Shown here piece after piece: positions 20,413 through 27,200 of a stretch of 29,223 nucleotides of DNA; position 1 is the first letter of the stretch; every line of letters starts with the position of its first letter. Both the position numbers and the translations under genes were made by a program. The stretch comes from a virus. The stretch lies in the UHGV virus genome UHGV-0364466, one strand, 5' to 3'. The notes under the pieces were generated by a model that worked only from the letters and a program-made list of their open reading frames with translations, did no database searches and had not been told where the DNA came from.

Positions 20413-20583
20413 TCAGGACAAAGTCCTTAGTTGTTTTATGGTCGTATGCCATGAATTGCCTGAAGCCATAGCCTGAACAAGCACATCCCGAATCTGGTGT
20501 ATCAACCGGACATCAGACAATGTTGCAATCCTGAAGGCTTTTTTATGGGCACTGATTAGCTGTGCTTTGTAATTATTTTTCAT
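20413..20583 (-). CDS. Hypothetical small protein (56 aa)
   Basis: ATG at 20583, 8 nt after the gp27 stop; MKNNYKAQLISAHKKAFRIATLSDVRLIHQIRDVLVQAMASGNSWHTTIKQLRTLS; weak SD. The upstream part of the 121-aa track ORF is out of frame with gp27 and rejected. Confidence 0.4.
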   Translation of the reverse strand: MKNNYKAQLISAHKKAFRIATLSDVRLIHQIRDVLVQAMASGNSWHTTIKQLRTLS

Positions 20584-20593
20584 AACGTAACGC

Positions 20594-21169
20594 CTACGCT
20601 TTCCCCAGCAGTACATCACGGATGCGCTGCTCCAGTTCTTCGCTGATGCCATCCTGCCCGCGCAGTTCTTCACTGACGGCGTTTGCCGCTTCTTCTGCGA
20701 ACGCCTGGCGGATTTCTTTCTCGCGCCGGTGGCTGGACATTGCTGTGGATTCCAGACGCTGTGCCGCCAGCATGGCATTTTTCAGCAGGTCAATATCCAC
20801 GTCAGATTCCGGGTTTTCGATTTGCCGCATCATGGCCTTAAAAAGCTGGCTGCGGGCCATTTCCAGAATCAGCTTTGTGGTTTCGCCCATTGGCTTGTCG
20901 CCAAGCTCTGCGGTCAGTGCTGACGTCATTTCACGCATCTGTCGCAGGTTATGGCCTACCTGCTCGACGTTCGTCGCGTAACGGTTCAGACCGGAACGGG
21001 AGAGTTTCATCTCATCCGGCAGGCCAGCGTCTTCAATCAGTGCGTTAATTTCTTCAAGAATACGGGCCTGTGGGATCGCCTTATCACGCAGCATTTCATG
21101 CAGCGTTTTACGTACGTTTTCCGGCAGTAAATCCACTTTTGAAGCCCGTCCCCGTGTTTTCCTGTCCAT
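20594..21169 (-). CDS. Mu gp27-like protein (DUF3486, putative small terminase subunit)
   Basis: Start moved to ATG 21169 (MDRKTRGRASKVDLLPENVRKTLHEML...) with AGGAGG SD at 5 nt; 191 aa. Confidence 0.8.
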   Translation of the reverse strand: MDRKTRGRASKVDLLPENVRKTLHEMLRDKAIPQARILEEINALIEDAGLPDEMKLSRSGLNRYATNVEQVGHNLRQMREMTSALTAELGDKPMGETTKLILEMARSQLFKAMMRQIENPESDVDIDLLKNAMLAAQRLESTAMSSHRREKEIRQAFAEEAANAVSEELRGQDGISEELEQRIRDVLLGKA

Positions 21170-21180
21170 CACGCCTCCTG

Positions 21181-21471
21181 TCATGCACGGGGACGCGGAC
21201 GCTTGACACCGGCAATGCGGGCACGGCCTTCCGCCACATCCTGACCACGGGAGGTCAGCGTTACGACATAAAAGCCGCGCAGGTTTTCCACGGTGACCAG
21301 TTGCTGCTCTGCCAGCCAGTCAATCTGGCCGCGAACCACATCACGGGAAACGTTGTGTCCGTATGCATCCAGACAGTCCTGAAGGATGGATTCGTTGGCT
21401 TCGTTATTGCAGTCCATCAGGGAACGCAGGATGACCAGACGACGGTCTTCGGTCAGAATATCGTTAATCAT
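21181..21471 (-). CDS. Mu gp26-position hypothetical protein
   Basis: 96 aa; ATG verified; ATGA-type overlap with gp25 stop. Confidence 0.6.
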   Translation of the reverse strand: MINDILTEDRRLVILRSLMDCNNEANESILQDCLDAYGHNVSRDVVRGQIDWLAEQQLVTVENLRGFYVVTLTSRGQDVAEGRARIAGVKRPRPRA

Positions 21472-21770
21472 GAATTACTCCGGTTTACTGCGTTTTCAAG
21501 CAGCAGCTCCAGTTGATGGGAAAATGACTGCACCCGCTGGGACAGCACCCGGATATCGCCGGACAGCTCTGCAATTCGCAGGCGCATTTCGTGTACATCT
21601 TCTGTGCCAGGGATGCTGGCGTAGCGGGTTTCCATTTCGGTCATCCGGTTTTCAAGACGCTCCACACGCTCGGTGCTGGCAAAACTACGACGCATCGCCC
21701 AGACGGCCCCACCGGCGGCGACAGGCAACAGGTACAACAGGTAAGGCCATAACGCTAAAACTGAATCCAT
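21468..21770 (-). CDS. Mu gp25-like membrane protein (DUF2730, releasin-like)
   Basis: Start moved to ATG 21770 (MDSVLALWPYLLYLLPVAAGGAVWAMRRSF...): N-terminal transmembrane segment then coiled-coil-like region; GGAG SD at 8 nt. Confidence 0.65.
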   Translation of the reverse strand: MDSVLALWPYLLYLLPVAAGGAVWAMRRSFASTERVERLENRMTEMETRYASIPGTEDVHEMRLRIAELSGDIRVLSQRVQSFSHQLELLLENAVNRSNS

Positions 21771-21964
21771 TATTCTGCTCCACGGCACCAGTGGCAGTAG
21801 TTCGCCATCGGCTGCTGTCTCAGCACATCAGGCCGCAGCTCACGACCGCAACCGGCGCACAATACAGGCGGGTCATACGCCGCCGGACGGGGAATATCAC
21901 GGGTATTCCCCTGCCAGAGTTCAGCGAGCAGCAGCGCCACCGCCCGGTTCTGGTCTTCGTTCAT
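21770..21964 (-). CDS. Small C4 zinc-ribbon protein (TraR/DksA-like motif), gp24 position
   Basis: 64 aa with CAGC-N17-CHWC; ATG verified; overlaps the Rz1 3' end by 44 nt. Confidence 0.5.
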   Translation of the reverse strand: MNEDQNRAVALLLAELWQGNTRDIPRPAAYDPPVLCAGCGRELRPDVLRQQPMANYCHWCRGAE

Positions 21965-22262
21965 AAATTTCTTTCCTCCGGGTCTCCTGTTCCCGGACTG
22001 ATGCCTTGTCGCGGTTGCACTGCCCGAGCGCCATCAGCAGGTCAGCATTCCAGAGCAGGGATGCTCCCCACGTCAGGGGCTGTGGCATGGGCGGAATGGG
22101 CGTTGCTTCCGTCAGTTCTGCATCAGTTTCGGGCAGGATCACCACCGATGGCACGGGTGCGTTTTTCGAGTTCCCGCAACCTGTCAGCAGCAACGGCAGG
22201 CACAGGACGAGTGCTGCAATTGTCACCGGTAATGGCGGTTGTAATTTTTTGTTTTGCATCAT
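21921..22262 (-). CDS. Rz1-like o-spanin (outer-membrane lipoprotein), overlapped with Rz
   Basis: Internal ATG at 22262 in the 182-aa track ORF: MMQNKKLQPPLPVTIAALVLCLPLLLTGC... (signal peptide with LLTGC lipobox), Pro-rich mature part; starts inside Rz in another frame. Confidence 0.6.
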   Translation of the reverse strand: MMQNKKLQPPLPVTIAALVLCLPLLLTGCGNSKNAPVPSVVILPETDAELTEATPIPPMPQPLTWGASLLWNADLLMALGQCNRDKASVREQETRRKEIYERRPEPGGGAAAR

Positions 22263-22509
22263 GATGTTCTGTCTCGTCTGCCAGCCGCGCGGCACGATTT
22301 GCGGCACGGATAGCGGAAAATACCTGCATCGTCTGTTCCTGACTGTGTAACAACCATTCAGCCGTGTTGCGGGCCTGTTGCTCCGTCTGTAATTCACGGC
22401 GCAGCGTCTGGTTATCGTGGCGGGTGCTGTCCAGCCTGTGCCACAACACCCCGGACAGAACGGCGGCAAACACGGCTGCCAGAAGTAAACTTTTACTGGC
22501 GAAGGTCAT
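22123..22509 (-). CDS. Rz-like i-spanin (Mu gp23)
   Basis: 128 aa; N-terminal TM (SLLLAAVFAAVLSGVLW) then charged coiled-coil-like periplasmic domain; ATG verified; overlaps the endolysin stop. Confidence 0.7.
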   Translation of the reverse strand: MTFASKSLLLAAVFAAVLSGVLWHRLDSTRHDNQTLRRELQTEQQARNTAEWLLHSQEQTMQVFSAIRAANRAARLADETEHHDAKQKITTAITGDNCSTRPVPAVAADRLRELEKRTRAIGGDPARN

Positions 22510-23011
22510 CCGCCCCCCTGATATTCCAGATTGCCATTTCCACTTCGCGACGGTTCATCAGTCCTTTCCATTTATGGCCTGCGGCAAACACCCAGCGGGC
22601 CATCTGGTCACGCGCTCCGGCGTAATCACCGGCATTGAGTTTTTTCAGCAGCGTTGATTTACTGAATGCGGTAACACCGGTGTTGAAAATAAACGTTGCC
22701 AGCGCCGTTTTCTGATATGGCGTCAGCGGCACCCTGACAAGACGATCGATTGCCGCATAAACCGGTTTTAAATCACTGTCGAGGAGAGCCATACACTCCG
22801 CATGGCTGTAACGGCGCATTTCGATATCCGGCCCGGTATGTCCCACACAGACCGTAAGCACACCGGCAATATCGCGGTAAGGCATATAAGCGATATTTTC
22901 CAGATGGATCAGAGACTGACGGGTCATTTCCTGATAACCACCCACACCACCACCGGCAATCGTTGCCGCCAGCAGTGCGGCTTTCAGTTTTTTTGGTATC
23001 CCCGCCATCAT
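22493..23011 (-). CDS. lys: SAR endolysin, T4-lysozyme-like (Mu gp22 Lys)
   Basis: 172 aa; Gly/Ala-rich signal-anchor-release segment KKLKAALLAATIAGGGVGGY, then an E-x8-D-x5-T catalytic triad (HLENIAYMPYRDIAGVLT); tandem ATG start. Confidence 0.85.
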   Translation of the reverse strand: MMAGIPKKLKAALLAATIAGGGVGGYQEMTRQSLIHLENIAYMPYRDIAGVLTVCVGHTGPDIEMRRYSHAECMALLDSDLKPVYAAIDRLVRVPLTPYQKTALATFIFNTGVTAFSKSTLLKKLNAGDYAGARDQMARWVFAAGHKWKGLMNRREVEMAIWNIRGADDLRQ

Positions 23012-23038
23012 GCTTCCCTGAAAAAATGCTCTGATGGC

Positions 23039-23073
23039 AGTCTAAAAAATCAGGTGACAGGTGCGGGATTATG
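23039..23073 (-). promoter_or_regulatory. Candidate C-dependent late promoter P_lys
   Basis: Minus strand CATAATCCC (plus 23065..23073), 20 nt, then -10-like TAGACT (plus 23039..23044), about 25 nt upstream of the lys ATG; overlapped by direct repeats GGTGACAGG at 23053..23061 and 23073..23081. Confidence 0.45.
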
Positions 23074-23081
23074 GTGACAGG

Positions 23082-23108
23082 AAATAACCGGCAGGATGCC
23101 GGTTATTT
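23082..23108 (-). terminator. Intrinsic terminator at the end of the C gene (end of middle transcript)
   Basis: Perfect 12-bp inverted repeat AAATAACCGGCA / TGCCGGTTATTT with 3-nt loop; GC core then UUAUUU on the minus-strand RNA; overlaps the C stop codon (23103..23105). Confidence 0.6.
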
Positions 23109-23525
23109 TGGGCTTTCAGGTGAGAACAGATCAGGCTGATGACGCCGTGTATGCAGCTTTCTCTGGCGGGCAATAATCTGGTAGATCTGCGGCTGGGACA
23201 GGCGGTACTGGCGACGCAGTTCTTCCATGTTACGACCATTGAACTGGCAGTAAAGCAAATCGTCGCGTAACGCGGTCAGGATAGTATCGCCACAGGGGAT
23301 ATAAAACTGCCGCCCACCCAGAAAACAGGACAGGGCAACGGCCTGTTTACGGGCAAGCTCACGGGGATTGCTGACGTTCTGGCGTTTCAGTTCGTTTTCC
23401 AGAACATCAATCAGATCAACCACCGAACGGGGCCAGCGTGATTCCAGTTCCGGGGCCGGGATGTTATCAATATGTCCGATTAACTGGCGAATTGCCGGAT
23501 CGTGTTCAAATAAATCATGCTGCAT
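23103..23525 (-). CDS. C: Late transcription activator C (Mor/C family)
   Basis: 140 aa, MQHDLFEHDPAIRQLIGHIDNIPAPELESRWPRSVVDLIDVLENEL...; Mor/C-family; directly upstream of lys; ATG verified. Confidence 0.85.
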   Translation of the reverse strand: MQHDLFEHDPAIRQLIGHIDNIPAPELESRWPRSVVDLIDVLENELKRQNVSNPRELARKQAVALSCFLGGRQFYIPCGDTILTALRDDLLYCQFNGRNMEELRRQYRLSQPQIYQIIARQRKLHTRRHQPDLFSPESPK

Positions 23526-23537
23526 ATTTTCCCCCGG

Positions 23538-23657
23538 TTAACAGACAGAAAGATACACCACGGCACTGATGGTTATCAGAACCACAAGGGCAATCACTTT
23601 TATCGCACTCATCAGCGTGGACGGCCCGAAACATTCATCACTGAATTTTCTGTACAT
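23538..23657 (-). CDS. Candidate small single-pass membrane protein (39 aa), below the ORF-track cutoff
   Basis: Manual translation MYRKFSDECFGPSTLMSAIKVIALVVLITISAVVYLSVC; ATG at 23657 with AAAGGGG SD-like sequence about 5 nt upstream; fills the gap between the membrane-protein gene and C. Confidence 0.3.
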   Translation of the reverse strand: MYRKFSDECFGPSTLMSAIKVIALVVLITISAVVYLSVC

Positions 23658-23666
23658 GGTGCCCCT

Positions 23667-24029
23667 TTACCCGAACAGACGAGCGCGAAAACGAAAGGAG
23701 ATCCAGAACGTCAGCAATCCAGCCATCGCCCAGATGACATGCTCAGGACCCGTTTTCAGTTGAGACGTTGCCATCACGGCTAATCCCAGCCCGGACAGAC
23801 ACCCCAGCCAGGTCAGCGGCCAGACGAACCGGGCAAAATGTTCAGGCACCCGGCAGCTCATTATCAGCGCATCCAGACAATCAGCGGCAACACATAAAGC
23901 AACACTGAAAACCGAGGCACAGCAAAACATCAGTGCGCGCCAGCCACAAAACAGACTTATCCACAATAACAGCGCCAGTAACACCACCGATAAAAAATCA
24001 GGCCACTGACGAGCAGAACGCTCAGACAT
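23667..24029 (-). CDS. Multi-pass small membrane protein (gp19/gp20 position)
   Basis: Start moved to ATG 24029 (MSERSARQWPDFLSVVLLALLLWISLFCGW...), AGGGAG SD at 8 nt; 3-4 hydrophobic helices, Cys-rich; the track start 24080 is TTG. Confidence 0.6.
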   Translation of the reverse strand: MSERSARQWPDFLSVVLLALLLWISLFCGWRALMFCCASVFSVALCVAADCLDALIMSCRVPEHFARFVWPLTWLGCLSGLGLAVMATSQLKTGPEHVIWAMAGLLTFWISFRFRARLFG

Positions 24030-24240
24030 AATGTTTCTCCCTGTAAAGCAGGCAATGATGAAGAATTTCCGGCATATCAACTGACTGCCAGCCTTTCATG
24101 TAATAACTGCCGTGGGTGCCATCATGACCGGTATAGTCGCGGGGCGCAGGCCGTGGCCCACCGGCGACACGGTGCAAAACCTCCTGACGCAGCCGCTCAC
24201 GTCTGCCAAGATGAAAGGATGCATTCCAGCCTTTACCCAT
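24022..24240 (-). CDS. Hypothetical protein (gp18 position); start 24240 or 24267
   Basis: MGKGWNASFHLGRRERLRQEVLHRVAGGPRPAPRDYTGHDGTHG...; GGGGAA SD 7 nt before ATG 24240; alternative ATG at 24267; first gene after the post-mor terminator. Confidence 0.5.
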   Translation of the reverse strand: MGKGWNASFHLGRRERLRQEVLHRVAGGPRPAPRDYTGHDGTHGSYYMKGWQSVDMPEILHHCLLYREKHYV

Positions 24241-24284
24241 GATGATTTCCCCGGTACGGTTATTCATCACAGGATATTGAGGGC

Positions 24285-24311
24285 GTAAAAAAAGCCGGAT
24301 TAACCGGCTTT
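24285..24311 (-). terminator. Intrinsic terminator immediately after mor (end of early transcript)
   Basis: Stem AAAGCCGG / CCGGCTTT with 5-nt loop, 6 nt after the mor stop; the minus-strand RNA has a run of seven U after the GC core. Confidence 0.6.
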
Positions 24312-24316
24312 ACTGT

Positions 24317-24706
24317 TTACAGAAGTGAGGGCTGGTACTGGCGGTATTTCAGCCGTCGCATCCGGCGAATGGCCTTGTAAACCGTATTGAAAGTGACACC
24401 ATAACGGGTGGTCAGTTCGCTGACGTTGCGACCGTTAAAATCATTCCAGATACGCAAATCCCGAATCAGCGAGTCCAGAACCTGACCGCGTGGAATGTAG
24501 ACCTGACCGCCGCCCAGATGCTTACAGATAGCCACAACAATCTCCAGTGAATGGGCAGGATCAACACCCAGCCGGGACAATTCCCCGCGTAGTAAATCGT
24601 TCAGCTCCGCCAGCAGTGCCGGAAAGCGTGACGTATCCTCTGCGGGATTGTCAAGATGTGCCAGGATGGTGTCATCCTGCAAATCACCAAATAAATCTTC
24701 CGTCAT
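24317..24706 (-). CDS. mor: Middle operon regulator Mor (Mor/C family)
   Basis: 129 aa, MTEDLFGDLQDDTILAHLDNPAEDTSRFPALLAELNDLLRGELSRLGVDPAHSLEIVVAICKHLGGGQVYIP...; ATG verified; abuts the gemA stop. Confidence 0.85.
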   Translation of the reverse strand: MTEDLFGDLQDDTILAHLDNPAEDTSRFPALLAELNDLLRGELSRLGVDPAHSLEIVVAICKHLGGGQVYIPRGQVLDSLIRDLRIWNDFNGRNVSELTTRYGVTFNTVYKAIRRMRRLKYRQYQPSLL

Positions 24707-25254
24707 TGTGCCATCCTCCGCGTCTTTCTGGCATGGGCATAAGCCGCCGTCATGGCATCATAGCCGCGCAGTTCACGACCGGACGGACTGACCGGCAATG
24801 GAAGCCCGTGACGGGAAAAGGCTTCACGAATACAGCGGATGTGCCACTGCTTGAGTGTTTCGAGGACTGTCAGCAGCGTGTCGCCATGACACCACGCCAG
24901 TGTGGAAACGCCCTGTCCGCCGTTGCGTTTCGCGGTCAGGCGCTGAACATATTTATCCAGCGCCACATCACCGCCATCGGTAATAAAACCGTCTTCTGCC
25001 ATCTGCTGCCAGACTTTGTACACCTTCTCGCGGGGCGTGACATGTTCCTTAAAGCGGCGACGTGGATGTTTATTCAGCTTCTTAAAGCCGCGTTCTTTCA
25101 TTGCATCGAGCGTCTGTTCCAGTTGCGTAACCGTCAGCTCGCGGCAACTGGTTTTGCCCGTTTTCTGCATCAGAAAGGCGCGGTAAGTGTCATCGTCGAG
25201 TTGTAGCTCCCGACGGGCGACATGGATTAATTTAATAAGCGATGTGCGATTCAT
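24703..25254 (-). CDS. gemA: GemA-like early protein (DUF1018)
   Basis: Start moved to ATG 25254 (MNRTSLIKLIHVARRELQLDDDTYRAFLMQKTGKTS...), GAGGTG SD at 6 nt; 183 aa. Confidence 0.8.
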   Translation of the reverse strand: MNRTSLIKLIHVARRELQLDDDTYRAFLMQKTGKTSCRELTVTQLEQTLDAMKERGFKKLNKHPRRRFKEHVTPREKVYKVWQQMAEDGFITDGGDVALDKYVQRLTAKRNGGQGVSTLAWCHGDTLLTVLETLKQWHIRCIREAFSRHGLPLPVSPSGRELRGYDAMTAAYAHARKTRRMAQ

Positions 25255-25284
25255 TTGCTCACCTCTCATATTAAGGAATGAGAT

Positions 25285-25701
25285 ATGAAAATTGATTATG
25301 ACGAGATAGCCAGAATATTTGATGTTTTTCTGGAGGCCGACACCGCATTCATTCGACTGGAAGATGTCGGCTGGGAGCGTTCTCAGCGGCACAGCGACAG
25401 CCATCAGAAGCTGGTTTTCCATCTTCTGTTGCTGGTTGAAAATGGTTTTATCAGCAACAGATATCTGGAAACAGGCACCGCAAAAAGCATTGGTCTCACC
25501 CCAACAAGCCTCGGATATTCATATTCAGGCACCAGTGTCAGACTTACACAAGATGGTCATGATTTTGCGAAAGCACTACATCAAAAACCCATTCTTGAGC
25601 GCATAAAACAGGACCTTGCCGACGCCCCGATGACGCTCGTAACAGACGTCGGCAAACAGTGGTTAACCTCGTTTCTTAAAAAGAAACTCGGGATTGAATA
25701 G
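25285..25701 (+). CDS. Hypothetical protein (138 aa) encoded antisense to the early operon
   Basis: ATG 25285 with AAGGAA SD at 6 nt; MKIDYDEIARIFDVFLEADTAFIRLEDVGWERSQRHSDSHQKLVFHLLLLVENGFISNRY...; no minus-strand ORF of 60 aa or more covers the interval; AT-richer than the flanks; 30 bp divergent from gemA, 39-nt 3' overlap with the 103-aa gene. Confidence 0.6.
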   Translation: MKIDYDEIARIFDVFLEADTAFIRLEDVGWERSQRHSDSHQKLVFHLLLLVENGFISNRYLETGTAKSIGLTPTSLGYSYSGTSVRLTQDGHDFAKALHQKPILERIKQDLADAPMTLVTDVGKQWLTSFLKKKLGIE

Positions 25702-25974
25702 TTCCCGGTTCATACGTTGCAGCACATCAAGGGCGGCGACAGCCGCCACTTTATCGTTACCATCAGCAATAGTGCGGAGATTTTCAATAATCCAGTGAGG
25801 ACTCAGTGACTCAGCAATAATGCCAAACCGGTACGCCATGACTTCATCAATAGCTTTTTCATGAGACGGCTCATATACAAAATTCACAAAGTCATGCACT
25901 TCTTTTTTCGGCAAACCACCGGCAATCAGCAGGGCGGCAAGCTCTTCTGATTTTGAAAATACACCATTATTCAT
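25663..25974 (-). CDS. Hypothetical protein (103 aa)
   Basis: ATG 25974 with GGTGAG SD, 1 nt after the stop of the zinc-ribbon gene (coupled); MNNGVFSKSEELAALLIAGGLPKKEVHDFVNFVYEPSHEK... Confidence 0.5.
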   Translation of the reverse strand: MNNGVFSKSEELAALLIAGGLPKKEVHDFVNFVYEPSHEKAIDEVMAYRFGIIAESLSPHWIIENLRTIADGNDKVAAVAALDVLQRMNRELFNPEFLFKKRG

Positions 25975-25975
25975 A

Positions 25976-26671
25976 TCACTCACCTTCACAATTCATGCAC
26001 GCCGTGTCATCGCCCATATCGCAGTGGTTGCATTTCTGCCCACCACAATGAGGGCACTCTTTCAGATATTCAGGGTTTTCATTACCGCAGGTCGGGCATT
26101 CCTGTTTCACCGTGGTGAATGTCCCCAGCCACGAATACGAATTTTCACCGACTGTCTTTTTCCCCGTTATTTCTGAATCAGAACTAATACAGTGTTTTTC
26201 AACCCATGCCACACGTGCTGAATTCAGGTGGCATCTGGCCAATTTGCTTTCGTTTCTGTAATGTTTGCTGTCCCGGTTAAATGGCAATTTCTCATTCAGC
26301 CCTGCTGAGATAAAGTCCGCATGTAATTGTTCTAATGCGGCTTCACTGTCTGCACCGGTTGATTCAAAATAATCGTAAGCATTGGCACATAATCCGGCAG
26401 CCCGGGTAAATACATCATCGCCCGTCTCCATTGCCCCATTCTTTAACCATCGGTTGTAGGCTGTATAAAAACTATAAAGTTGCTTTCTGATACAGGTAGT
26501 GGCAGTTCCGCCATTAACTGACGCTGGCGTAACATAGCCAGCTCTGCATAAAGCAGAACGAAGTATATCCAGAACCTGCCAGGCATCTTCTCCTTCAATC
26601 ACGCTACAGTTTTTGTACACCAGGACGTCCCGGCCACAACTTTTATCAATACCCCAGTCTTCAAATTTCAC
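25976..26671 (-). CDS. Hypothetical protein with C-terminal double zinc ribbon (4 x CxxC)
   Basis: Start placed at GTG 26671 (AGGAGG SD at 6 nt), overlapping the upstream stop; C-terminus CPTCGNENPEYLKECPHCGGQKCNHCDMGDDTACMNCEGE; 231 aa. Confidence 0.6.
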   Translation of the reverse strand: MKFEDWGIDKSCGRDVLVYKNCSVIEGEDAWQVLDILRSALCRAGYVTPASVNGGTATTCIRKQLYSFYTAYNRWLKNGAMETGDDVFTRAAGLCANAYDYFESTGADSEAALEQLHADFISAGLNEKLPFNRDSKHYRNESKLARCHLNSARVAWVEKHCISSDSEITGKKTVGENSYSWLGTFTTVKQECPTCGNENPEYLKECPHCGGQKCNHCDMGDDTACMNCEGE

Positions 26672-27200
26672 AACCAGCCTCCTGCACCACACCCGGTGCT
26701 GATGAAAAATCAATGATGAGATAACGCAGTACATGGTCGGTGATATTCCAGGCGCCTGAACTGCAAATAAACCGCCCCAGCCGGATATCGATATAAGCCA
26801 TCACAAAACGGGGCATTCCCTGTTTGCACATCTCGTCATCCACTTCTGCAACGATGTGAACGGACTCACAGGTCAGTACGCCTGTCGCAAACTCTTTTGC
26901 CAGTGCGGGGATGGTATTACCTTCCACCCAGGGTAATGAGCGACGCCAGTTGCACCACACCGCATCATCAACAGCAGGCTGCTCAGTTGCGTTTCGTCTT
27001 ACCGGCGGCGTCTGACGCGGGCGCGGAACGTCATAAAATCCGTTGCATTCGGTGAGCACTCCGGCATCAACCGCATCACGCAGGAAATACACCATTGACG
27101 AGGGCAGCATATTCATTTTTTCAGCCAGAACCCCGCAGGTCAGGCGTCCGTAAGCCCGTAATAATGTGCTGACACCATTCAGAATTTTTGCATCAACCAT
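26661..27200 (-). CDS. Hypothetical protein with winged-helix-like N-terminus (179 aa)
   Basis: ATG 27200 with GAGGAA SD at 6-7 nt; MVDAKILNGVSTLLRAYGRLTCGVLAEKMNMLPSSMVYFLRDAVDAGVLTE...; first gene downstream of gam after a 98-bp structured spacer. Confidence 0.6.
   Translation of the reverse strand: MVDAKILNGVSTLLRAYGRLTCGVLAEKMNMLPSSMVYFLRDAVDAGVLTECNGFYDVPRPRQTPPVRRNATEQPAVDDAVWCNWRRSLPWVEGNTIPALAKEFATGVLTCESVHIVAEVDDEMCKQGMPRFVMAYIDIRLGRFICSSGAWNITDHVLRYLIIDFSSAPGVVQEAGCEI

Noticed and set aside
20413-20778. 121-aa ORF overlapping the 3' end of gp27
   Set aside because: The first 65 codons overlap gp27 in another frame. Only the part from the ATG at 20583, after the gp27 stop, was kept as a candidate 56-aa gene.
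21921-22469. 182-aa ORF as a single long protein
   Set aside because: Its N-terminal 69 codons are the out-of-frame overlap with Rz. The biologically sensible product starts at the internal ATG (22262) with a lipoprotein signal peptide, so it was called as Rz1 instead.
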